From Perna viridis (taxonomy: Eukaryota): DNA of 64,000 nucleotides. The stretch's first letter is position 1, and every line of letters starts with the position of its first letter. Positions 54,401 through 64,000 of the stretch are shown here, piece by piece. The translations under genes were made by a program, and so were the position numbers. The stretch spans positions 44,867,195 to 44,931,194 of the forward strand of contig CM074513.1 in assembly GCA_037379345.1 (NCBI GenBank), read 5' to 3'. The notes below the pieces were generated by a model. That model was not told the DNA's origin. It did not search any database and saw nothing but the letters and a program-made list of their open reading frames with translations.

Positions 54401-54688
54401 TACAGATTGAAATATCAAAAGAAATTACCAAAAAACAGTAGGCATCATCGATCAATAGTTGTTGTGTTTATTGATGGAGATTTGACGTTTCTTGAGACTG
54501 CTTCCAAAGAAAGCAAGAGAGTAGCTTTTAAGAGTGACGTATTTGTTATGTCTGTAGGTGAGAATATCAGTAAACATCACGCAGAGAAGCTTTGTGTTGA
54601 ACCTAGTCATTATCTGTTTCATACTGGACACTATAGTGAACTACCGTACAAGATGCATGAAATGTTTAGATCAATCTGTACCACGTGA
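47198..54688 (+). CDS. Gene 2: secreted three-VWA-domain matrix protein, 7 coding exons, 609 aa, paralogue of gene 1
   Basis: Exons 47198-47242, 48381-48405, 50001-50573, 51530-51565, 52035-52592, 52830-52868, 54135-54688. All GT/AG with consistent phases, 1830 nt = 610 codons. N-terminus MEYRLFIFNTVLYLNIFFLRGMKA|VIC resembles a signal peptide. Confidence 0.85.
48381..48405 (+). CDS. Gene 2 exon 2 (signal peptide end)
   Basis: TTCTCCCCTATTTTGTAG acceptor, IFFLRGMK, donor GTAAGT, bridges phase 0 to phase 1. Confidence 0.7.
50001..50573 (+). CDS. Gene 2 exon 3: VWA domain 1 (intact MIDAS)
   Basis: CKHETTDMLFLLDSSFS, GGTDTG, VVFTDG, ends KETC. Acceptor TTTTTCAG, donor GTAAGT. Confidence 0.92.
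51247..51441 (+). mobile_element. tRNA-derived SINE-like element with (TA)n tail in intron 3 of gene 2
   Basis: Pol III A box TGGCCGAGTGG (51250), B box GGTTCGAATCC (51318), (TA)n at 51407-51441. No complete cloverleaf. Confidence 0.65.
51530..51565 (+). CDS. Gene 2 exon 4: 36-nt linker micro-exon
   Basis: TTTTCAG acceptor, DEMDYQNNPTEN, donor GTGAGT, phase 1-1. Confidence 0.65.
51755..51966 (+). mobile_element. Penelope-like 3' UTR fragment in intron 4 of gene 2
   Basis: CCTGGTCCATGCTCCCAGTTTTT...GAGTCCGAGTTGCTCATTT...TGATTACTCTT is the reverse complement of 41923-42125. Confidence 0.85.
52035..52592 (+). CDS. Gene 2 exon 5: VWA domain 2 (intact MIDAS)
   Basis: CKDRPLDVFFLLDNSNSIW, GGTETG, LLFSDG, ends QKAC. 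558 nt, the same length as gene 1 exon 3. Confidence 0.92.
52830..52868 (+). CDS. Gene 2 exon 6: 39-nt linker micro-exon
   Basis: Long pyrimidine tract with AAG acceptor, VQGEDAYRKTEKE, donor GTAAGT, phase 1-1. Confidence 0.7.
54135..54688 (+). CDS. Gene 2 exon 7: degenerate, basic VWA domain 3 plus stop
   Basis: VCSFPNSTDVTFIYDSSTIG...RIGILSKTC...VVVFIDGD...VFVMSVG...SICTT*. Acceptor TTTTTACTTTCAG. Confidence 0.88.
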
Positions 54689-55099
54689 CAGAAATATATG
54701 TAGTGGTGGATCACATGGAATCCCTTTTTTAATTCATAAACACCGAATTGCTTCAGTTACGTGATGTCTCTTATGAAAACATTCCATGCTATTTGTGCAG
54801 ACCAAAGATACAAACTAGCATTATTACAAGCGTCCTTGTTTTTTTATTTGTACATTTTTATTTATAATTTTATATGTCTTGTTTTGTTTTATGAGTAAAA
54901 CCGCTTTAATAGCCAAGACTTATGACTTTTTTTCTAGTAACTTACGCTCAATAATATAAAATATATATTGTCCGAAAGATTCATTCTATTACTGGTTTTA
55001 AAAAAATGAATTAAACGCAACTTCACCTTTAAAAATTACACAGACAGCGTATACAAACTTAATCCGAAGGCAGTTTTCAAGTATTTTATTACATTATAG

Positions 55100-55250
55100 A
55101 AATACAGATACAGCTGTGACAAAACACTGTCTCCTTCGCTTTAACCATGATCAACAGGAATACAGATACAGCTGAGACGGAACACTGCCTTCTTCGCTTT
55201 AACCATACAGCTAAGACAAAACACCGTCTCCTTCGCTTTAAACATGATCA
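55100..55250. repeat. ~58-bp tandem repeat, about 3 copies
   Basis: ACAGCTG.GAC..AACAC.G.CT.CTTCGCTTTAA three times. Confidence 0.8.
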
Positions 55251-56065
55251 AATGAAGTTTTTCAAAGCGTATGTATAACCTTTCCAAGAGAGGTTATCTC
55301 AGCGTTGCACTCATGATTACATGAGAACTGTGTTTATCATGAGCTGGATATGGTGCGGACCATATGCAAAATGGTATTATATAGAGTTAAACAACCGAAA
55401 GTATATTAATGCTATAAAGATATATAGATTTAAGATTATAACTTTTAATATGTGCCATTCCTTGTCTATTTGTTAGCCTTAATTTGGTAATACTTAGCTC
55501 TCATTTTTGCACAGTCAGCAGTAACCCTGGGCTGAACTACCGGAAGTTCAAGGGGGCAAAAGCGAACGCTTTAATGGGTTGGCAATGATAAAAATTAATT
55601 TCAAAATATTTTATATAAGAACTTTCTTTAAAGTTTCATCAGAATTTGTAAAAATCCAGTCAAGACGAGGATTAAAGAAACTTACCCTGACACCAGGTAT
55701 TCAAAAGACTATGATGTGATAAAAACTGTTTAAAGAGAAATTTGTATCTTGTTCTGGAGCAAATGCAAACATACTTATATTATATACACTTATAAATAAC
55801 AAAAAAACTAATTCAAAAATATTTTAAAAAATTGGGGTTTTATGCAAATGAACTAATTAGTTCGCATTCAACGCTGTTAACTTGAAATTTCCTTTATAAA
55901 ACATTCTGTCAGTATATGAATATATATAATATCAACGGTGTACTACATGATATTCGTACTTTATTTACTTACTTAATTTGTCCTTTCCATGCCTATTGGT
56001 ACATGGGACAAGGACTAGCTTACTCCACTCTTCTCTGTTGATGGCCTTTCAAAGGTACCATAGGT

Positions 56066-56583
56066 GAGTAGTATAGATGTACGTTTAGGTTATTAATTTC
56101 GGGTGGTACAGGTGGTGCACCCCGATGCGCATGCACATGACGTCATATCCGGTGGCCATGGACCGGAAGGGACCGGTAGAGGGAGGGGGACAGGGAATGG
56201 ACCTTGGGTATGATCGGAAGTGGACCTTGGATGACCGGAAGTGGATTTCGATGAGGAGGCAAAAGGGGAACATGGGGACCTTTTGATGTAGGAAGGGGGG
56301 CTTACAGTTTAGCAGGGAGGAAATGACCTCAATAGGTATCCTCATTAAGTATCCTAATTAGTGTCATTATGTAGTATACTATAAACAGGTAAGTATAAAA
56401 AAGGGAGTGTATTATGATAAGGGTTATCTTTCTTTTCTACCCAAGGTCCACTTCCGGTCCCCTCCCTCTACCGGTCACTTCCGGTCCATGGCCACTGGAT
56501 GTGACGTCATGCGCATGTGCATTGGGGTGCACCATCCTGCACCACCCGAAAAATAATAACCCAAACGTGCATCTATACTACTT
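56066..56583. mobile_element. Foldback non-autonomous DNA transposon, Sola2-like
   Basis: Long TIRs (about 120+ bp) GAGTAGTATAGATG...CATCTATACTACTT, 4-bp TSD AGGT at 56062-56065 and 56584-56587, GAG terminus. Confidence 0.8.
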
Positions 56584-57404
56584 AGGTATATCAATTTTTT
56601 TTCACTATTTTTTCCTCAATAGTCTGTTAAAACATTGTTTTTTTCTTTTTTCCTTTTTTCATTAGGTGTTCCTCTTAGGTCCACCTTTATTATGTCTTCA
56701 GATGGTCTGGGAAAACCATGTCCGAGCTTTATCCATCACTTTATATCAATCAAATCTTCATGCCATTGTTTTTGTTGTTTTGTTCAAGTCTACATTCATT
56801 AGGGGTTGGTTTCGGTCAGAATATTTTGCTATAATCCTATGACAGTTTTTATTCAGGACAAAAAGTTTGTCTACGGTTAACATCATACAAAATTCAGGAG
56901 GTGGTAACAACTGTAACAGCTGAAGGGGAATCATCGTACTTCTATTCCACCATTCAAACTAAGATATTATGCACAATTTAATTTTATAACAAAGAATAAA
57001 GAAGCACCAGATGAGAAAAATCGGAAAGAACAAGCTGGTTCGGGAAAGGTAGAGGTGGAATAGACCAGACCACTTATTTGTTTTGTTTTCTACCATATAC
57101 TGTGGAATACTCGGGTATAAAATATTTGTTGCTAGAACTGGATCTGCCTTAAAAACTCAGCATTTAGATTTAAATGGTATTTTTAGATTTCTGATTTTTT
57201 AGAAACCCAGAAGTGCCTACCACTATCATGTTTTGAAAATCTTTTTTACCTGAGATTGTAAAGCTTAATAAAAATACGCTTTGTCCTCACCTGCCTGATT
57301 TGTTTGTTTGTTTGTTTTTGTTGTTTTTTGCATAACAGAGCTCGATTGTCAATTTTCCTTGTCTTGAGGAGATAGTTTGTTTTGAAAGAATAATTAATTT
57401 GTTC

Positions 57405-57555
57405 TCAAGGTTACAGTCCTCTAGACTAAGGTTACAGCCCTCTAGACCAAGGTTACAGTCCTCTAGACAAAGGTTACAGTCCTCTAGACCAAGATTACAG
57501 TCCTCTAGACAAAGGTTACAGTCCTCTAGACCACGGTTACAGTCCTCCAGACCAG
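57405..57555. repeat. 21-bp tandem repeat, 7 copies
   Basis: AAGGTTACAGTCCTCTAGAC(C/A/T). Confidence 0.95.
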
Positions 57556-57567
57556 TAACCATCCAAC

Positions 57568-57850
57568 GTTTACTATGATCTGTCCGGTTTCACTATGATC
57601 TGTCCGGTTTTACTATGATCTGCCCGGTTTTACTATGATCTGTTTTACTAGAGTTGTCTAACATAGATTGGATGCCCTACTGGGTTAAGGTCTCGTGTCA
57701 AGCCATGAGTTTTACTAAGGACTCGTGTCCCGCCATGGTTTTCACTAAGGAATCGTATCACGCCCTCGTTTCACGCCATGGTTTTTACTTAAAAACTCGT
57801 GTCATGCCATGGTTTTTACGAAGGACTCGTGTCATGCCATGTTTTTACTT
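57568..57850. repeat. Adjacent ~21-bp (TTTACTATGATCTGTCCGGT) and ~30-bp (TTTTTACTAAGGACTCGTGTCATGCCATGG) tandem repeats
   Basis: Direct reading. Confidence 0.85.
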
Positions 57851-58599
57851 ATAGCTAAGGTAAGGTTAATGAGTGTTGGTGTGTTTCCGCATACCGATGG
57901 GTCTACATTGTGTATCTTTTGTACCTTTGCTGCATCGAGACCCCAATGCAGATACTGCCTGGAATGAATCCCAGTACATGTGATGCCGCAAGGGGACAAT
58001 GTATGGAGTCTTAATAATATAGTGAGTAAGTGCTGGCATGGAAGACTTACACACTCGCCTCCCTTTTCACTTGCACCCGTAATCTAGAAAACGGTTACTG
58101 GTTAAAAACCAGTCGTCCAAAAAAAACTTACTTAAGTGTCTACGAATAAACCAGCCACATAGTTTGTACTTTAAACATGCCTTATTTTGAACATTATGGT
58201 ACTCTACCCTCTTTACGTCTCTGAAAATTCATTTTTTGTTCGCTGATAGTTTGTAACCAAATATCATACTGTTTTCTTGACTTGGTTTATCAATATCTTT
58301 TTGGACACACAATATTTTAAAATGTAATTACATGCACATCAATAGTTAATACCTCTCAAAGAGAAAACAATAATGAAAAATGCCACCATTGTATATTTTT
58401 TCATCCACATTCATGTATATATGACATGAAACTAATAGTATACGCAATGTACAAGGACATCCGTTTATTTATTTAAAAAAGTACATTGCGTTTGATTAAT
58501 ATTTTATGTATCATTAAAACTAAAATACTGTGAAATAAACTTGATTGTGTTTCTTACATGTACGCTAGAAATCCAAAAGTATTCATGGACAGCCACTTC

Positions 58600-61160
58600 C
58601 GATATGTTTAAAATGCTAGAACTTATTTAAAACCGGCTTACGCTTATATGGAGCCAAGGTTTCATAGGACAACCCAGAACTTGATTTCGGTCAACAAACA
58701 TGTTAACGAGACAATAGCCAAGTTAAAGAGGTTAAGATGGACAGAATGCTAGGTCCATTTGTTGAGTTACCCTTTTCAACTTTGCAAATTTCTCCAATAG
58801 GTTTGGTGCTTAAAACGGATGGTTCTTGGCACTTGATCACAATTTTGTCATATCCCCATGATTATAGCATTAATTCTTTTATTGAGGGTAAATATTGCAA
58901 AGTTACATATACTTCATTTGATTCCATTTCGAAAAAAAATATGATATTGGTACAAAGAGCCCTCTTAAGAAATATTGATATTAAATCAGCCTTTCGTTTG
59001 CTTATATTAAATCCTGCTGATTTTGATTTCAAGGTTGTTATATTATGGATAAAAATCTTCCTATCGGGTTAGCCCAGTCATGCAATTTATTGGAAACTTT
59101 TTCACGATTTCTCCAGTATCAAGTTGAAGTTCAATCGGGTTTGCATTCTGTCGGCCATTATTTAGATGATTTCATATTTTTTGGGTCTGAAAACTCCAAT
59201 GACTGTACAGTATCAATAGATATCTTCATGAAAATGAGTCAAGAATTAGGTGTACCAATAGTCGAAGATAAAACATTTAGTCATACAACAATTTTGCTCT
59301 TTCTGGCTTTTGTTATAAATACAGAATTAGGTATTATATTCATACCTCAGGAGAAGTTACTTAAATTACGAGCACAATTGGTTCCAATGTTCAGTTTTAA
59401 GAAAATGTCAATTACCGTTAGAGATCTTCAATCAGTAACTGGTCTCTTGTCATTCTGTTGTCGGTCAATACCTTGTTCTTGGGCTTTCATTAGAAGATTT
59501 TATGACCTATTAGAGGCGATTAAAAATAAGAAACCTTATTACAAGGTTAGATTAAACAATGTAGTTAGGTCAGACGTTGTTGTCCTAATTGAGTTTTTGG
59601 GGGAATTCCATGGTCACTGTTATTTTCCGGAACGCTTATTGGTGGGTATCAAATGTTACTCTGTAATAGTTTGCAGATAGTAGTGGATTCGCAGATTTAG
59701 GTTGTGGTGCGTTCTTTTGCAACCGTTGGTGCCAAATGTTTTGGCCGGATAAAATTGTTTATTCACGACTTACTAGAAATTTTGCCTTTCTCGAGCTTGT
59801 ACCAGTTTTATAAGCATTGTACTTATGGGTGATCATTTAAAACATAACGAAAAAATAATCCTCCGAATTGATAACTTGGCTTTAGCCCCCATTTCAAACA
59901 GATTTTCCCTAAAGATAAATCTATTATGAAATTAGTCCGCCGATTTGTTCTGATCGCTATGCTAAAAAAAATCATTTCAAGGCTTTTCATATTGAATCGT
60001 CCGAAAATGAAATCGCGGACGCCCTTTCTCGATTTCAGATGCTCAGATTCAGAACCTTACCACCGTAGCAGACCCATTTCCTACCCAAATACCCGAGGAA
60101 TTCTGGATGGTTTTAGATCAGATATAGCGAGTCATCTTAAAAATTCTTCGTCTCAAATACGCTAATTTGCTATATATTAGAGAGGTTTTGATGAATTTCA
60201 AAAGTTTACAAAGAAAGATATGGGTTAAATAGTAACACAATTTCCAGTGTGAATGAAATTTTACTGTTTAAAGCTTATTTAAACAATGATAAACTTTCAT
60301 ATGCATCAATTTCACACTACTTGTCTGGAGTGGGCTTTTATTGTAAAATCAATGATATTGAAGATGTGACACAAAAAATCATTGTACGAAAAGTACTAGA
60401 AGGAATAAAAAGATCTATTGGTTCGAACAGTGCTTGCGATAACTTCTGAATCATTGCACAATATTGTTGCTGTTATTTCAAATATATGTTTTGATACTTA
60501 TGAAACACTGTTTTTCAAAACAGTGTTTTCGTTGGCCTTTCACGCCCTTTTACGGATGTCAGAATTTGCCATTAGTAGCGGTCAATATCGTCATATTTTG
60601 TCTTTAGAAGACATCTCTTGTTCAGCTAAGGTTTAAAAGTGAAAAGAAGTTCTTCAAAATCTGACCAAATGGTTAATTCCGAGGCAAGTGGGTCAACTGA
60701 TTTGTCCAGTTGGTTTAGTGGATAAATTCTTGAAAGACCCAATTTTCAAGGCCCCCTTTTATGTCATATGGTCGGTTAGCGACTCAGTCGTTTTCAAGTA
60801 AGGTCAGTTACTAAGAAGTCAATACAAATTTTGGGCATTGACGACTAATATTACAGATCCCACTCTTTTCGATGTGGTAGGTCTACATCCATGTCTCAAC
60901 AAGGTATCTCGGATGAAGGCGTGTAGCTGGAAATCAAATGTTTACAAAGACTATATAAAGATCTTAAACTCATCAATGTAGCAGCAACCGAACCATGTAA
61001 CTTGTTCCAATTAACCCATGTTTTTACAGTCAATAATAAATCTAAAAATGCAGGTAGCTGTTTATCCGTCTGGGTGGTAGGATCCTCAATTATACGGGAT
61101 GCTTACTTTGCTGCTGGAACCAGACCTGGTGTACTTAATCTTTACCGAGACGTTATATTG
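58600..61160 (+). mobile_element. Decayed tyrosine-recombinase retrotransposon (DIRS/Ngaro): RT-RNaseH-YR-SGNH fragment
   Basis: RT: ISPIGLV, DIKSAFRLL, LPIG, HYLDDF. RNase H: FADSSG..GCGAFF, FLELVPV, IDN, NEIADALSRFQ. YR: AFHALLRMSEF, SKSDQ, CPV, HSFRCG, WKSNVYKDYI. Then VWVVGSSII. Many stops and frameshifts. Confidence 0.9.
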
Positions 61161-64000
61161 AATGATAAGTGTGTGCTCATCCAGATTTAAATATTAAAGT
61201 ATAGGTGTATCTGTTTGGACATTGTATCAAAGGAGAAATCTTGTTGAGTAATGTGGATAGTTCATTCAAGCATTTGCCAGTTTTTAAAGTTTGAATGCGT
61301 TGGGGCAAAACTCCTCAAAATATTGAAGAGAGTTAAATTACATGTACATGTATTGATAGTAGTTAGGTTATCTGAGTTCACAGTTGTGCAGCAAACTCGC
61401 CCCCCCCCCCATTTTATGGTGGTTGACAATTATGCGATAATTAACTTTCCCTGTCAATTGGCATATTTTGCTGCACATCATCATTTACTCGTTATATTAA
61501 GTGCACTTTCATATTGACCCCCTTTCGGAATCATCATGTGTGTGTTCCCACCATAATCCTAAGTTTGCTTTCCAAGCATCAGTGTTACCCAGGATGTTTT
61601 TATTCCAAATATTGACAACCTTGAATCATTTTTTGATGGTTGCCAATTGAATTGCAATCTGCGGTAACCAGTGACTTTGTAACAATTGAGAGACAATGCA
61701 AATATTGATTTTACATCGAATTTTAACCATATATATCGGACCATTGATTGGAAATGATTGAATTTATAATCTAAATAAATGCTGCCAGATACGTCAAAAC
61801 ATCTTTTTATATCAAAGGAATCTCTATGTTTTAATAGTGTGCGTGGTGCAGATATAAATGATAGAAAGTTGAAAGATGCACAAAGTGCTTAAATAACCAG
61901 CATCTTATTATTGTAATCTGATTGTGTAACAATGAATCTGCAAAAACGGAGGTTAAAGTTAACTGATAGGCATTGTAAGACCACATAAATGATTCATTGG
62001 TTGCCGCAGATGGCAAATTTTTGTCACTGCTTCACTAATTGAGCTCTGTTTATGAGAATGGTTCGCTAAGGGTTGGACAGACTGGAAATGGTATCATTTA
62101 CAAGTATATTTTGTAATTTAATATATATTAACTGGGTTTGTTCGATTTTAATTTATTAATATTTTACCATTTGTGACGTTGAAGAATTCATTCTTAGATT
62201 TATCATGGTCCGATAATATCATATGGTGGAACGAAATAATATCTGGGCTTATAGATAAATTATACATTAACGTTGATACTTTAAGGAAACAAATGTAAAG
62301 TTTATACACTGGTATTGCAAGACAAATAAATACAAGGTTTGTGATATTGATCTATTTTATTTGAATTTAAATTGTCATATTAGCTTGGAACTTTTCTTTT
62401 CAATATTAGATTGATCTTTTTAGTTTCACCTAATTATTTTTCGATTTCTTTAGAAAGAAAAATCAATAACGAATTAAGATCGGCTATTATAAGCGTGCGA
62501 CATAAATATAAAATATTTCCGATTTTAAGGAACTACTGATAAAAGTTAAAGGTAAGGTTTCTAAAAACAACTTATTTATGGAGTGCCATAAACCAGTAAG
62601 ACCTTCAACTTTCTTCAAACAAAAAAGGATTTGAGAAAGCTGAGGATTATGTATTCGTCTTTTTACTTTCGCTTTTGCATCATATTGGTACGTACTGGAA
62701 CTTAAATCAGTTTACAAAGTAAGAAATATCTCGAGTTGTTTTGCTTTTAAATATCTTTATTTGACACAACAGGTAACTTTTATTATTAATATTTCCAATT
62801 AAGCATTGATTATAAATTTTCAATATAAACAGTGTAATTTAACAGGAAAATAAAAATGTGAAAAGGTACACGGAATGTATGATATGCACACACATTGATA
62901 TTCACACTTCCTCAAACATGTTTAAATCAACCATGACAACTAGCATCATAATAGGATAACGGTTCAATATCAAAGTCAACTTAAGTTTTACATTACAACT
63001 GTGAGTGTGCATATGTACAATATGTATATTTATTCAATTGTGTGGTATGTATGTGTATGATAGTATACCCTGCAAAGTAATTATGCATAACAGGGTAACT
63101 GTGTTGAAAATACAATATCTTAACGAGTCAATACTTTACGGAAGCAATTTAGGTATTTTTTCTCCATAAACCTATAGGCAGGGCTGAGAATGAAAAGGTT
63201 GGTGTCAAAATATTTATACAACCGACAATTTAGTACGTTCAAAACTTGAATATAAATGAACTAACACATTGATTTTCGAAAGATACCGGTAAAAAGATGT
63301 CAGCAAATGATATAAAATATAATTTGTTCATCAGTCATTGTGATAATTAACAGTGAATATCCGCAAAAATATTCAGAAGCACAATAAACAGAAGGGAAAT
63401 TCATAGAAATAAATGTCATAAAAGTGAAAACAGGAAATAGACACGATCTAAATACTAGCAAATTGTAGATACCAAAATAAGAAAACTATACCTCATGACC
63501 AAACTAAAGCGCTGAAAAAAATGACCATCAACTAAAAACATCAATGACATGATGTTCTCCAGGAGTAAAGATGTCCTGCCCCGAAAGCGGCACCCGCCAT
63601 ATGGTATATGAGCAAAATCCAGTAATTGTCAATTTCGGTGGGTTGTTAATCAGATAAGACATATAACTAAATATATTTTGTCTCACCTGTGAGAAAGTAC
63701 TTACGATCAATAAATAAGTGATGACGACCTAAAACGTCGGTAGTTTTTATATAAAAGAGTGCCATATGCTAGATTTAGAAACTTATTTAATAGTATCCTC
63801 GCTCTACAAAGGATGTACAAACCACAAGCATGACATCAATTATGAAATATATACTGCAAAGGTTGTAGATTGTGCTGTATTGTCATTATGAAAGGGAGAG
63901 TTTACCATTAGAAAATCAATATTATCACGTTTGATTTCTCTATGTACAATTAAGGTTTATGTATAAAGAAGAAGAATGTGTATTTATTTAGTGTCTCTTT

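Noticed and set aside
57287-57562. LEDCNLG heptad-repeat protein
   Set aside because: Translation artefact of a 21-bp minisatellite, with no splice or start support.

Overview
AT-rich, intron-containing animal DNA. The repeat landscape (pearl/HINE-type elements, Penelope-like remnants, YR retroelement) is most consistent with a bivalve mollusc such as an oyster; this is inference. Two paralogous + strand genes encode secreted proteins made only of von Willebrand A (VWA) domains. Gene 1 is join(21107..21133,21326..21395,21594..22151,22381..22974,23271..23278), 418 aa, 2 VWA. Gene 2 is join(47198..47242,48381..48405,50001..50573,51530..51565,52035..52592,52830..52868,54135..54688), 609 aa, 3 VWA. 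Both end in a related MIDAS-less VWA domain, acidic in one gene and basic in the other. The rest is repeats: a decayed hAT transposon, a decayed DIRS/Ngaro retroelement with an SGNH fragment, Penelope-like remnants, two inverted full-length copies of a structured ~520-bp retroposon with TSDs, a Sola2-like foldback element, MITE/HINE elements and several minisatellites. There are two N gaps. No prokaryotic system or CRISPR array is present.
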